Assembly (NCBI GenBank): GCA_902789555.1
Contig: CADAOF010000007.1
Coordinates: 12,014-76,013, forward strand
Length of the DNA: 64,000 nt
Direction of reading: 5' to 3'
DNA from: an uncultured Lachnospiraceae bacterium
GTDB taxonomy: Bacteria; Bacillota; Clostridia; Lachnospirales; Lachnospiraceae
This document shows, one piece after another, positions 1 through 10,290 of the stretch; within the stretch, counting starts at the first letter, position 1, and each line of letters begins with the position of its first letter. Below the pieces are notes generated by a model. The model saw nothing but the letters and a program-made list of their open reading frames with translations, made no database searches and had not been told where the DNA came from. The position numbers and the translations under genes are program-made.

Positions 1-1143
1 GCTGATGAGGGAGAAATCGGCGAAGTCGGGGCGGGTCATGTCATCGACAAAAGCGTTCTTCATGCCCATGCTTTCCAGCAGCGGCTTCAAGCCCTCGGAA
101 TAGTCGTAACTGAATTTCGGGAGGCCTGCGCTGACCTTCGTGCGGACGGCGCTGCCGAGGACGGAAGACAGTTTCGCTTCGTCAAGACCGGCGACGAACC
201 TGTCCAGACCGATTTCCTTGTTCGGAAGGATGCCCACGAACTTGTAGCCGTTTCCTTCATAGTACTTGGCAAAGCCCGTATAATCCTCGCCCGTGTAGTA
301 TTCACATTCCGAGGAGTACATCATGCTGACCGTCTCTTTTGAGCCGTCGGCGCGGGTAAAAGACGCGTCGCGCACGTCGTATACCGTGTACGGATCCAGC
401 CATTTCGCGTCGAAGCAGATCGCGTTGATGAGGAGCATGCGGTCATCCTTATTCAGACGGTCGATGATCTGTTTGATCATGCTGTCGGTGTTTCTCGAGA
501 CCCAGCCGTTTACTTCCTTCACGGCGGAATCGTTGAAAGGCAGCTTGTAAACGTCGGCGCCGTACCAGGAAACGTCTTTCTTCAGGAATTCGTCGCGGAC
601 GCTGAAGTTTTCCTTATCGTTCAGCCAGATGGAGTTCGCGACGGCGAGCTTCGCCTTCTTATCAGACGGAAGGCTCTTCACGTACTGATACAGATAGGCG
701 TTGAGGTCATCCATGGAGAGACCTTTGCCGATCACGTCCAGCATCTGGGAGAGGGTCTCGTTCGCGGCGCCGTTCGCGGTCATCGCGAGTGCGAGTACGA
801 CGGAGAGAGGAGAGACCAGGCAGTTTCCGCCGTCCTTCTCGTAGGAGCGGCGCAGGAAATCAGCCGCGAAGCGGTACTGGGAGGAGGTGAAAGCTTCGTC
901 GGCTTCTTTTCCCTGGACTGCTTCGGCGCTGATGCCCTCGATGAGATTGCCGGCCTTCACGGTGCCGGGCGAATCCTTCGTGGGAAGGACCGCCTCAGAA
1001 GGGACTTCCGTCCGGGAGGAATGCGTGGGGTCGGGGCTGCCGGTCGGCGCAGGCGCGCTTCCGCAGCCGGCAAGCGATAAGAGCATGCTGAAGATCAGCA
1101 GCAGTGCGAGCGCGCGGATGGGTTTGTTCTTTACTGTTTTCAT
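1..1143 (-). CDS. Serpin-family protease inhibitor, predicted lipoprotein. Partial: the C-terminal part, including the reactive-centre loop, lies outside the window. Absent from the supplied ORF track.
   Basis: Manual minus-strand translation from ATG 1143-1141, with an AAGGAGA RBS 7 nt upstream. It gives MKTVKNKPIRALALLLIFSMLLSLAGCGS (lipobox LAGC), then a serpin core: FAADFLRRSY..NCLVSPLSVVLALAMTANGAANETLSQM..INAICFDAKW. The frame stays open for all 381 codons to position 1. Confidence 0.8.
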   Translation of the reverse strand, partial: MKTVKNKPIRALALLLIFSMLLSLAGCGSAPAPTGSPDPTHSSRTEVPSEAVLPTKDSPGTVKAGNLIEGISAEAVQGKEADEAFTSSQYRFAADFLRRSYEKDGGNCLVSPLSVVLALAMTANGAANETLSQMLDVIGKGLSMDDLNAYLYQYVKSLPSDKKAKLAVANSIWLNDKENFSVRDEFLKKDVSWYGADVYKLPFNDSAVKEVNGWVSRNTDSMIKQIIDRLNKDDRMLLINAICFDAKWLDPYTVYDVRDASFTRADGSKETVSMMYSSECEYYTGEDYTGFAKYYEGNGYKFVGILPNKEIGLDRFVAGLDEAKLSSVLGSAVRTKVSAGLPKFSYDYSEGLKPLLESMGMKNAFVDDMTRPDFADFSLIS

Positions 1144-1375
1144 CGGAACGTCTCCTTTTCGAAAAACTGTCGTGAGCCGTATTGCTTACACCAATAATAC
1201 AATCTGTCTGAGAACGGCGTCCCGGTTTATGAAAATTTAATAAAATTAGACACGGCAGGAACGACTTTGCGTTTCGCCGGCGGACGATTTTATTCCTTTA
1301 CAAAACCGGTGAAATCGGGTACAATATCATCATCTATGGGCAGCCATAGCTTTTTAAGATGCGGAGGTTGATTTT

Positions 1376-4300
1376 TTGGCATCAGGCAAGAAAAAAACAA
1401 CAGCAAATAAAAGTACGGCCGCAGGAAAGAAGAGCACGACAAAGCGCTCTTCCGCGGCAAAGTCGGGAAAGAACAGCGCAGAAAAGAGGAAGGAGACGTT
1501 GGCCAGGCAGAAGAGGAAACAGGAGATCCGCAAGGACCTCATCCTTCTTGCAGCCATGGTCGTCACGATCCTCCTTTTCCTTGCGTTATTTGACCGCGTC
1601 GGATCCATGGGCCAGGGTCTGGCGGCATTTGAGTACGGCATTTTCGGTTCACTGGCCTATGTTTTCCCGTTCTTTATCCTGCTTTCGGCGATCTTTCTGC
1701 TCCTGCTGGGCGAAGAGTATCCGGCTCATGCCTGGGGCAAGGTGCTTCTCGCTTTCGTGATGCTGACGCTGCTTGCCGGCGCGTTTGAACTGGCCGGCAG
1801 CAAAGGCGGCCTTCTGCCCGATCTAGCGGCATATTACCGCAGAGGCAAAACCGTCCAGGCTTCCGGCGGCCTCTTCGGCGGCCTGTGGTGCAAGCTCCTG
1901 GTTCCTCCGCTCGGAAAGATCGGTACGTGGATCGTTCTCGCTGCCCTGTTCCTCGGCGGACTGATGATGCTCTTCGGCAAGGCGCTCCTCACGGCGCTCG
2001 GCAGGAAGGGCAGCAAAGTCGTGAACTCCATCCGCGACGAGAACAGCCGCTACCGCAGCGCAGCGGAGGAACGCCGCCTGAACGCGCAGCTCCGCCTGGA
2101 AGAACGTGAACGTGCGAAAGCCGAGGAAAGAGCTGCCCGCGTGAAAGCGGAAGAGGAAGAACGGAAAGCCGTGATGGCGAAGCTTGCCGCACAGCAGGAG
2201 GAAAGAAAAAAAGCGGAGGCAGCTGCCGCGAAACTGCAACCCCTGAAACTGGACGAAGTGCAGCGCAAGACCGACTTTTCCGCTGTTCCGTCTCTCCGGA
2301 AAGAACAGGAGAGTCTGCTCAAGCAGCAGGCTGAGGACCGCGCCAGGGCAAAGTCGAAGGAGGATGCCGACCGCAAGTACGGCACGCAGCCTTCCGTCCG
2401 ACAGGAACGCCTTGACGATGAAGGCATTCTGAGCAGCGGTTCGCCGCTCGGCGCCCTCATGAACGAGATGGATGAGAGCCGGGGCGTAAAGAAAGACACC
2501 CGTACCATCCGGGAGATCGGCGCATTGGACGCGGGAGCGGCCGGTGCTTCCTCCGGGCGGCGTGAATTATATTCGGACGATATTGTGATGGCCGGCAGGG
2601 ACAACATGCAGGCCTCGGGATACAAGGCCACGGGACGGATCGCCCAGGGCTACGGTGAGCGCATGAAAGAACGGACGGCCGCGGAAACGGCCGGGCAGAG
2701 CGCCTCCGTGAAGCCGGATCCCGCGGCAGTAAGGCCGCGCAGCGAAAAACCCGCCCTTCGGATCACGGGCAATACGCAGCCGACCGGTGAACGTGCCTTC
2801 GGCGAGCATGAGGAGATCCTCACGGATGCTCCTGCGAAGCCCGCTCCGTCCGGAGAAGTGCTCCCGGTAGTACCGGAGACACCGGGCTCCGAGACACGGC
2901 AGCCTGCAGTCCGGACACCGAAGTCCGCCGTTGAGACCGGACTGGACGACGGCGGCGACGGATTCGAAGATCCCCGCGTCGTTTCCGCGAGAATGCAGGA
3001 AGCCGGCAGGGATACCGTCGCAACGAAGAACGATTCCATCTGGAATACCGATAAGGAACGAAGCGGCTCCGGAAGCGCGACCTTCACGCCGGAAGCCAAA
3101 CCCTCGGCCGGCAAAGGCGTTGCCGTGGCCGGAAAGGGAATTGCCGCCGGGAAGGCGCCGTCCCAGACCGCGGGCAGCAGCGCTGCCGCCGAACTGCCCA
3201 GGGACAGCGTGCCGCATAAGGAGTACAGGCTGCCGCCGACGAGCCTTCTGAACCGCGGAAAGAACTCCGCCGGCATGAAAGAGAGTGATCTGCGCCGGAC
3301 GGCAAAGATCCTGGAAGATACGCTGAACGAATTCGGCGTCGCGGCATCCGTGACCGACGTATCCTGCGGCCCGTCCGTGACCCGTTATGAACTGAAGCCC
3401 GAGCAGGGCGTGCGCGTGAACCGCATTGCCTCGCTTGCCGACGACATCAAACTGGCGCTCGCCGTGACCGACGTCCGCATCGAAGCGCCCATCCCAGGCA
3501 AATCCGCGGTCGGCATCGAAGTCCCGAACTCCGAGAACCAGACCGTTTTCCTGCGGAACGTGATCGAATCCGAGGAATTCCGCCGGATGAGTTCCAAAAT
3601 CGCCTTCGCAGTCGGCCAGGACATCGGCGGCCAGATCATGGTCACCGACCTTGCCAAGATGCCTCACCTGCTGATCGCGGGTTCGACCGGCTCCGGCAAG
3701 TCCGTCTGCATCAACAGCATCATCATGAGCCTCCTGTACCGCGCCAAGCCGGATGAGGTCCAGCTCATCATGATCGATCCGAAGGTGGTCGAACTGGGCG
3801 TCTACAACGGCATTCCGCACCTCAGGATCCCGGTCGTGACCGATCCGAAGCTTGCGGCCGACGCCCTCGCCGGCGCCGTGAAGGAAATGACCCGCCGCTA
3901 CAAGCTCTTTGCCGACCTGAACGTCCGCGACATCAAGAGCTACAATGCGAAGCTCCGGGATAATCCCGAAGATTATGACAGCGAACAGTATCAGCCGCTG
4001 CCGCAGATCGTCATCATCGTCGACGAGTTCGCCGACCTCATGATGGTTGCCTCCGCGGACGTGGAGCAGTCCATCTGCCGTCTGGCACAGCTCGCCCGCG
4101 CTGCCGGCATGCACCTCGTTCTGGCAACGCAGCGCCCGAGTGCGAACGTCATTACCGGCCTGATCAAAGCCAACGTGCAGTCCCGCATCGCCTTTGCGGT
4201 CTCCAGCTCGCTGGATTCCCGCATCATCCTTGACATGAACGGCGCGGAAAAACTGCTCGGCAAGGGCGACATGCTGTTCTATCCGACCGGCTATCCGAAG

Positions 4301-4687
4301 CCCGTGCGCGTGCAGGGCTGCTTCGTGAGCGACGACGAGATCGCCGCCGTGACCGACTTCTGGAAGAAGCAGGGCGGCGTCAGCCAGGAGGAAATGGCGA
4401 AGCAAAGCCGCAGCTGGATGAACGATCCGGTCGAGCGCGAGCATCCTATCGAGGACGAGCGCGACGAACTTTTCATCAAGGCGGCGGATTACATCATCGA
4501 CAGCGAAAAAGCGTCCATCGGCAATCTGCAGCGCATTTTCCGCATCGGCTTCAACCGGGCGGCGCGCCTGATGGACCAGCTGGCAGACGCCGGCATCGTC
4601 GGCAAGGACAACGGTACCAAGTCCCGTGAGATCATGATGGACGCGGTACAGTTCGCCGACTGGAAACACGAAAACGGATATGACTGA
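1376..4687 (+). CDS. ftsK: DNA translocase FtsK/SpoIIIE
   Basis: 1103 aa with a TTG start after a GCGGAGG RBS. It has N-terminal TM segments, a long low-complexity E/K/A/P linker, a motor domain with Walker A GSTGSGKS, and a C-terminal gamma wHTH (GNLQRIFRIGFNRAARLMDQL). Confidence 0.95.
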   Translation: MASGKKKTTANKSTAAGKKSTTKRSSAAKSGKNSAEKRKETLARQKRKQEIRKDLILLAAMVVTILLFLALFDRVGSMGQGLAAFEYGIFGSLAYVFPFFILLSAIFLLLLGEEYPAHAWGKVLLAFVMLTLLAGAFELAGSKGGLLPDLAAYYRRGKTVQASGGLFGGLWCKLLVPPLGKIGTWIVLAALFLGGLMMLFGKALLTALGRKGSKVVNSIRDENSRYRSAAEERRLNAQLRLEERERAKAEERAARVKAEEEERKAVMAKLAAQQEERKKAEAAAAKLQPLKLDEVQRKTDFSAVPSLRKEQESLLKQQAEDRARAKSKEDADRKYGTQPSVRQERLDDEGILSSGSPLGALMNEMDESRGVKKDTRTIREIGALDAGAAGASSGRRELYSDDIVMAGRDNMQASGYKATGRIAQGYGERMKERTAAETAGQSASVKPDPAAVRPRSEKPALRITGNTQPTGERAFGEHEEILTDAPAKPAPSGEVLPVVPETPGSETRQPAVRTPKSAVETGLDDGGDGFEDPRVVSARMQEAGRDTVATKNDSIWNTDKERSGSGSATFTPEAKPSAGKGVAVAGKGIAAGKAPSQTAGSSAAAELPRDSVPHKEYRLPPTSLLNRGKNSAGMKESDLRRTAKILEDTLNEFGVAASVTDVSCGPSVTRYELKPEQGVRVNRIASLADDIKLALAVTDVRIEAPIPGKSAVGIEVPNSENQTVFLRNVIESEEFRRMSSKIAFAVGQDIGGQIMVTDLAKMPHLLIAGSTGSGKSVCINSIIMSLLYRAKPDEVQLIMIDPKVVELGVYNGIPHLRIPVVTDPKLAADALAGAVKEMTRRYKLFADLNVRDIKSYNAKLRDNPEDYDSEQYQPLPQIVIIVDEFADLMMVASADVEQSICRLAQLARAAGMHLVLATQRPSANVITGLIKANVQSRIAFAVSSSLDSRIILDMNGAEKLLGKGDMLFYPTGYPKPVRVQGCFVSDDEIAAVTDFWKKQGGVSQEEMAKQSRSWMNDPVEREHPIEDERDELFIKAADYIIDSEKASIGNLQRIFRIGFNRAARLMDQLADAGIVGKDNGTKSREIMMDAVQFADWKHENGYD

Positions 4688-4720
4688 CCGGAGATCTCCG
4701 GACACAGTGGGGGAGACATA

Positions 4721-6220
4721 ATGTATCTGACGAAACTTCTGGAAAAGACCGAGTACACGCTTGTCCGCGGCACGCTTGACCGCGAGATCGCCAGTCTGGT
4801 CTACGATTCCCGCAAGGTCGGGGAAGGCTCGCTCTTCGTCTGCATCAGCGGCACGAAGGTGGATGCGCACTTTTTCCTTGCGGACGTGGCCCGCAACGGC
4901 GCAGCGGCGGTCGTGATCGAAAAGCCATGGCTGGAGCTCTCTGAGGTCATCCGGCGTGCACTGGTCGACGCAGGCGTCACGGTGCTGCAGGTGAAGATGG
5001 CCCGCGTGGCACTTGCTTCGCTTTCCGCGACCTGGTTCGGCTATCCCATGGATAAGATGACGGTGGTCGGCGTGACCGGCACCAAGGGCAAGACCACGGT
5101 GGCACACATGATCGTCAGCATCCTGAAGGCAGCCGGCCGGAATCCCGGCATCATCGGTACCAACGGCGTAAGGATAAACGGCGTGCATTACGACACGACG
5201 CTGACCACGCCGGAATCCTATACGCTGCAGTACTACGCGGCCAAGATGGTCGAAGAGGGTGTTGACAGCGTGGTGATGGAGGTCTCGTCTTCGGGACTCA
5301 AGTTCCACCGCGTGGACGGCATCTCCTTCGATTACGGCCTGTTTACCAACCTGAGCCCGGACCATATCGGCGGCCTGGAGCATCCGGACTTTGCGGATTA
5401 CCGTGCCTCGAAGGCGCTGCTCTTTCAGCGCTGCAAGGAAGGTATCCTGAACGCCGATGACGAAAACTATCTGGCCATGGTGAAGGATGCGACCTGCAGG
5501 ATCGTTTCCTTCGGCGCGGATCCGGCGGACGATTACAGCCTGACCGAGGTCAAGTATGAGAAGCGCAATGACAAGCTGGGCTGCGACATCAAGGTCGACG
5601 GCATCCACCATCTGGAATTCTTCGCGGACATGCCCGGCCTCTTCAACGTTTACAACGCGATGGCGGCAGCCGTGACGGCGGACCGCATGGGCCTTCCCGA
5701 GGAAGCCATCACCCGCGGCCTTGCGGACGTTCACGTCGACGGCCGCATGGAGGAAGTCTACGCGAACGGTGACTTCTCCGTCATCGTTGACTATGCACAC
5801 AACGGCCTGTCCGCGAGAACGCTGCTCGAGACGCTGCGCAGCTACAAGCCGAAACGCCTTGTCGTGGTCTTCGGCTGCGGCGGCAACCGCGATCCGCACC
5901 GACGCTACGAGATGGGCGCAGCCGCAGGCAAGTATGCGGACCTGTCGATCATCACCGAGGACAATTCCCGCTTTGAAAAGGCGGAGGACATCATCCGCGA
6001 CATCCACATCGGCCTTGATCCGACGGGCGCGGAATACGTGGATATCCCGGACCGCCGGCAGGCCATCCGCTATGCGATAAGCCATGCGGAGAAAGGCGAC
6101 ATCATTGCGGTCATCGGCAAGGGCCACGAGGATTATCAGGAGATCGAGGGCGTACGCCATCATTTCTCCGACAAGGAAGAGATCCTGGAAGCGGTCAAGC
6201 TTCTGTACGGCGAGAACTGA
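4721..6220 (+). CDS. murE: UDP-N-acetylmuramoyl-L-alanyl-D-glutamate--2,6-diaminopimelate ligase
   Basis: 499 aa Mur ligase with P-loop GVTGTKGKTT, GCGGNRD, and a DNSR variant of the DNPR motif. Confidence 0.9.
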   Translation: MYLTKLLEKTEYTLVRGTLDREIASLVYDSRKVGEGSLFVCISGTKVDAHFFLADVARNGAAAVVIEKPWLELSEVIRRALVDAGVTVLQVKMARVALASLSATWFGYPMDKMTVVGVTGTKGKTTVAHMIVSILKAAGRNPGIIGTNGVRINGVHYDTTLTTPESYTLQYYAAKMVEEGVDSVVMEVSSSGLKFHRVDGISFDYGLFTNLSPDHIGGLEHPDFADYRASKALLFQRCKEGILNADDENYLAMVKDATCRIVSFGADPADDYSLTEVKYEKRNDKLGCDIKVDGIHHLEFFADMPGLFNVYNAMAAAVTADRMGLPEEAITRGLADVHVDGRMEEVYANGDFSVIVDYAHNGLSARTLLETLRSYKPKRLVVVFGCGGNRDPHRRYEMGAAAGKYADLSIITEDNSRFEKAEDIIRDIHIGLDPTGAEYVDIPDRRQAIRYAISHAEKGDIIAVIGKGHEDYQEIEGVRHHFSDKEEILEAVKLLYGEN

Positions 6221-6302
6221 AGCCGGGAGCGGTAAATGGCGCGGGGCCGGTCGGCTCCGCGCTTTTCAGAAAAACGGTCGGGAGCGGCCGGAAAGAGCGA
6301 TC

Positions 6303-7703
6303 ATGGAATATTCCGTAAGACAGATCTGTGAGATAACGGGCGGGCGGCTCCTCATGGGAGACCCCGATACCCTGCTGCACCATGTTACCTTCGACTCGCG
6401 CGCGATGCTGGGCGATGACCTCTTCGTACCGGTCCCCGGCGAGAAGGTCGACGGGCACCGCTTCATCGGCGGCGCTTTTGCCTCGGGCGCTGCAGCGAGC
6501 CTGACGGCGCGTGAGGATGCAGTTCCCGCCGGAGAAGCCTTGCCGGAAGGCCGCGCGGTGATCCTGGTGGACGATACCTTTGAAGCCCTCCAGACGATCG
6601 GCCGCGTGCGCAGAGCGCAGGAACTGAAGATGCCGATCGTCGGCGTCACCGGGAGCGTGGGCAAGACCACGACCCGCGAAATGACCGCGGCAGCGCTGTC
6701 TGCCGTCGGCCGCGTGACGGCTTCGGTCAGAAACATGAACAGTCAGCTGGGCGTGCCCGTGACCCTCTGCCACATGGATGAGACCGCGGATTTTGCGGTC
6801 GCGGAGATGGGGATCAGCATGCCGGGCGAAATGGACCGCCTTGTCAGCATGGTTCGGCCGGACGTCGCGCTGGTGACGAACATCGGCGTCGCACACATCG
6901 AAAACCTTGGCAGCCGCGAAGGCATCTGTCGGGAGAAGATGAAGATCACGGACTTCCTGCCGGAGAACGGCGCCGCGGTCCTGAACGGCGATGAGCCGCT
7001 CCTGCGCGCCTATGCTGCGGATAAGCCCTTCCGGATCGTGTTTTACGGCCTCGGACCGGACTGCGCGGTCACGGCGAAGGATATCGATCTCGGCGAAACG
7101 GCTTCCTTTACCGCTGTCTTTGCACCTTCCCTGTACGGGACGGAAAAAGAGGTCTTCGTGCAGCTGACCGTGCCCGGTGAGCATCATGTCACGGACGCGC
7201 TGGCGGCGCTTTCGGCGGCCGCCGTGCTGGGCATCGACCCGGAAGATGCGGCAGCAGAACTGGCTTCTTTCGGCGGCTTTTCCCGCCGCTGGGAACGCAT
7301 CCCGCTCGGCGGACTGCTGCTGATCGATGACTCCTACAACGCGAACCCGGTATCGATGAAGGCTTCGCTCGCCTCCTTTGCACGGGTCGCGGCGGGCCGC
7401 CGGATCGCCGTGATCGCGGACATGCTGGAACTCGGACCGGACGGACCGGCCATGCACCGCGAGGTCGGCACCTTTGCCGCGGGGTTGCCCGTCGATCTTT
7501 TCATCACCGTCGGGACCGCCATGGAAGAAGCCGACAGGGCGCTTGCCGAAGGCGGAAAATCGGTACTGCACGCGGCGGACGCACAGGAAGCCGCCCGCAT
7601 CCTTCTGGAGATCGCCGCCGACGGCGATGCGGTCCTGCTTAAGGGCTCCAACTCCATGCATCTGGACACGGTCCGGAAAGCACTCAGCGAGGAGATGAAA
7701 TAA
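6303..7703 (+). CDS. murF: UDP-N-acetylmuramoyl-tripeptide--D-alanyl-D-alanine ligase
   Basis: Mur ligase with P-loop GVTGSVGKTT. I chose the start at MEYSVRQICEITGG, because the 73 Arg-rich codons upstream in the track ORF overlap the murE 3' end and look non-coding. Confidence 0.9.
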   Translation: MEYSVRQICEITGGRLLMGDPDTLLHHVTFDSRAMLGDDLFVPVPGEKVDGHRFIGGAFASGAAASLTAREDAVPAGEALPEGRAVILVDDTFEALQTIGRVRRAQELKMPIVGVTGSVGKTTTREMTAAALSAVGRVTASVRNMNSQLGVPVTLCHMDETADFAVAEMGISMPGEMDRLVSMVRPDVALVTNIGVAHIENLGSREGICREKMKITDFLPENGAAVLNGDEPLLRAYAADKPFRIVFYGLGPDCAVTAKDIDLGETASFTAVFAPSLYGTEKEVFVQLTVPGEHHVTDALAALSAAAVLGIDPEDAAAELASFGGFSRRWERIPLGGLLLIDDSYNANPVSMKASLASFARVAAGRRIAVIADMLELGPDGPAMHREVGTFAAGLPVDLFITVGTAMEEADRALAEGGKSVLHAADAQEAARILLEIAADGDAVLLKGSNSMHLDTVRKALSEEMK

Positions 7704-7709
7704 GATAAA

Positions 7710-9701
7710 ATGGCGCGCTATGCTGACGTCATCGTGAATATTTCCCGGGAGGAACTCGACAAAAGTTTCCAGTACCGCATTCCCGACGAACTGCAGGAAG
7801 CGGTCACGCTGGGGACGAAGGTAGAGTTTCCTTTCAGTACCCGCGCGAAGGTGAGCGGCTACGTGGTCGGTCTGTCGGACGAACCGAAGATCGAAGAGGC
7901 GCGGATCAAAGACCTTATCGGCCTTGCAAAACGCTCCGTCACCGCGACTGACCGCATGATGGCCCTGGCCGGATGGATGAAGGATGCCTACGGCTGTACC
8001 TACAATCAGGCATTGAAAACCGTGCTTCCGGCGAAATCTGCCGTGAGAAAGGGAAAGACCCGCGTCGCGGCGGCTGACCTTCCTTCGGAAGAGGAACGGG
8101 CAGCCTATGTGCCGGCGCCGCTCAATACGCTGCAGAAGAAGGCCGTACGCGACTTTCTCGAGGAACGGAACACGGGGAACCGTCCCTGCCTCCTGTTCGG
8201 CGTAACCGGAAGCGGCAAGACGGAAGTCTACATGGAACTCATCCGCCTGTGCATCGAATCCGGACGGCAGGCGATCCTGCTGATCCCCGAGATCTCGCTG
8301 ACGAGGCAGAACCTGCACCGCTTTTTCCTGCGCTTCGGCGAACGCGTGGGGGTCCTTAACTCCCGCCAGTCCGAAGGGGAAAAATACGAGACCGTGCGGA
8401 AGGCGGCGGCAGGGGAACTGGACCTCGTCATCGGACCGCGTTCAGCCCTGTTCGTGCCCTTCCCGCAGCTCGGCCTCATCATCATCGACGAGGAACACGA
8501 GCATTCCTATAAGAGCGATCTTACGCCCCGCTACCGTGCCGGAGAGGTGGCGCGGAAACTCTGCGAACTTTCCGGTGCGTCGCTCGTTCTTGGCAGCGCG
8601 ACGCCTTCCCTGGACAGTTTCTCACGCGCGGAAAGCGGCGAATACCGGCTGCTCCGGCTTCCGGAAAGAGCCGTCTCCGGCGCGCAGCTTCCTGCGGTCA
8701 GCGTCGTCGACCTCCGGCAGGAACTGGCAGACGGCAACAAGAGCGTCTTCAGCCGGCTCCTTTCCGAAAAGATCGAGGAGCGCCTTGCCCGGAAGGAACA
8801 GGTCATGCTGTTCCTCAACCGGCGCGGATACGCAGGCTTCGTGAGCTGCCGCTCCTGCGGGAAGCCGCTTACCTGCCCGCACTGCTCCATCAGTCTGACC
8901 TACCACCGCGACGGGAAGCTCCGCTGCCACTACTGCGGATATTCCGCGCCGTTTCCGAATGCCTGCCCGTCCTGCGGCTCGCCTTACGTCGCGGCCTTCG
9001 GGACCGGGACACAGAAGGTGGAAACCATCGTGAAGAAGGCATTTCCGGGAGCACGCGTCCTCCGGATGGATGCCGACACGACCGCCGGGAAGGCCGGCCA
9101 CAGCCGCATCCTGGATGCCTTTGACAGGGATGAAGCCGATATCCTCGTCGGCACGCAGATGATCGTCAAGGGCCACGATTTCCCCCGGGTCACGCTCGTG
9201 GGCGTGCTGGCGGCGGACCTGTCGCTCTACGCACCCGAATACGACGCGGCGGAAAGGACTTTCGAACTGCTGACCCAGGCCTCCGGCCGGGCTGGCCGCG
9301 GGAACCTTCCGGGCGAGGTGGTCATCCAGACCTACATGCCGGAGCACTACGCAGTGGAAGCGGCTTCACGACAGGATTACGAAGGCTTTTACCGCGAGGA
9401 GATCGCTTTCCGGCGCCTGATGCACTATCCGCCGGCAGGAGGGCTCCTGATCGCGGCGGTGAGCGGAAACGACGCCGCAGGCTGCGAAAAGAAGGCAAAA
9501 GCCCTGCGCGAAGTGATCGAAGATACCTTCCTTGAGGAGGCACCGGTGGTGACCGGACCGGCGGAAGGTGTAGAGATCAAGCGAAAAGACGTTTACCGCC
9601 AGCAGCTGATGATCCGCCATCCGGATGCCGGAGTGCTCCGAAAGATCCGTGCCTACGCGGCGCATCTGCTCGGCGAGACCGTACAGTTTGAACTGCAGTG
9701 A
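7710..9701 (+). CDS. priA: Primosomal replication-restart helicase PriA
   Basis: 663 aa with Walker A GVTGSGKTEVY, a DEEH box, and a Cys-rich zinc insertion (CRSCGKPLTCPHCSISLTYH..CHYCG..CPSCGS). Confidence 0.95.
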   Translation: MARYADVIVNISREELDKSFQYRIPDELQEAVTLGTKVEFPFSTRAKVSGYVVGLSDEPKIEEARIKDLIGLAKRSVTATDRMMALAGWMKDAYGCTYNQALKTVLPAKSAVRKGKTRVAAADLPSEEERAAYVPAPLNTLQKKAVRDFLEERNTGNRPCLLFGVTGSGKTEVYMELIRLCIESGRQAILLIPEISLTRQNLHRFFLRFGERVGVLNSRQSEGEKYETVRKAAAGELDLVIGPRSALFVPFPQLGLIIIDEEHEHSYKSDLTPRYRAGEVARKLCELSGASLVLGSATPSLDSFSRAESGEYRLLRLPERAVSGAQLPAVSVVDLRQELADGNKSVFSRLLSEKIEERLARKEQVMLFLNRRGYAGFVSCRSCGKPLTCPHCSISLTYHRDGKLRCHYCGYSAPFPNACPSCGSPYVAAFGTGTQKVETIVKKAFPGARVLRMDADTTAGKAGHSRILDAFDRDEADILVGTQMIVKGHDFPRVTLVGVLAADLSLYAPEYDAAERTFELLTQASGRAGRGNLPGEVVIQTYMPEHYAVEAASRQDYEGFYREEIAFRRLMHYPPAGGLLIAAVSGNDAAGCEKKAKALREVIEDTFLEEAPVVTGPAEGVEIKRKDVYRQQLMIRHPDAGVLRKIRAYAAHLLGETVQFELQ

Positions 9702-9787
9702 CCCGCTGACAGCGGAATGAATACAGCAATGACCCGTTTCCGGGAGAAAGGAAAACGGCCGCGCGAGGCGGCCGGATACGGAAGATT

Positions 9788-10258
9788 ATGGGAATCAGAA
9801 AGATAAGAACGGAAGGTGACGAGATCCTGCGGAAGACCTCCAAGCCGGTCACGGAGATGACTCTGCGCACGAAAGCCCTGATCAGGGACATGTTCGATAC
9901 GATGTACAAGGCAGACGGCGTGGGCCTTGCTGCTCCGCAGGTCGGTATTCTGAAGCGCATTTTCGTCATCGACTGCACGGTGGACCGGAGCCTGCCGCGG
10001 GTCTTCATCAACCCCGAGATCCTGGAGACCGAAGGGGAACAGACCGGGAGTGAAGGCTGCCTTTCAGTGCCCGGAAAACATGCCACGGTAACGCGCCCCA
10101 TGAAGGTCAGGGTGCGCGCCCTGGATGAGAACATGGAGGAATTCACGCTGACGCTCGAAGAGCTGGAAGCGCGCTGCGTCCTGCATGAAAACGACCACCT
10201 GGACGGCATCCTGTACGTCGACAAGGCCGAAGGCCCGGTCGTGGACAACGAAGAATAA
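9788..10258 (+). CDS. def: Peptide deformylase
   Basis: 156 aa with motifs GVGLAAPQ, EGCLSVPG and HENDHLDG. Confidence 0.95.
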   Translation: MGIRKIRTEGDEILRKTSKPVTEMTLRTKALIRDMFDTMYKADGVGLAAPQVGILKRIFVIDCTVDRSLPRVFINPEILETEGEQTGSEGCLSVPGKHATVTRPMKVRVRALDENMEEFTLTLEELEARCVLHENDHLDGILYVDKAEGPVVDNEE

Positions 10259-10290
10259 AAAGATTCTTCGCTGCGCTCAGAATGACAGGA

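Noticed and set aside
2567-6163. A 1198-aa ORF on the minus strand, spanning the 3' two-thirds of ftsK and all of murE.
   Set aside because: It is exactly antisense to two well-supported housekeeping genes. Its translation is Arg/Ala/Asp/Val/His/Gly-rich with no recognisable motif, RBS or domain. It is a typical shadow ORF, caused by GC3-rich codons that lack antisense stops.
6084-6302. A 73-codon N-terminal extension of the murF ORF.
   Set aside because: It overlaps the murE 3' end, is Arg/Ser-rich, and precedes the conserved MurF N-terminus, which begins at MEYSVRQICEITGG.
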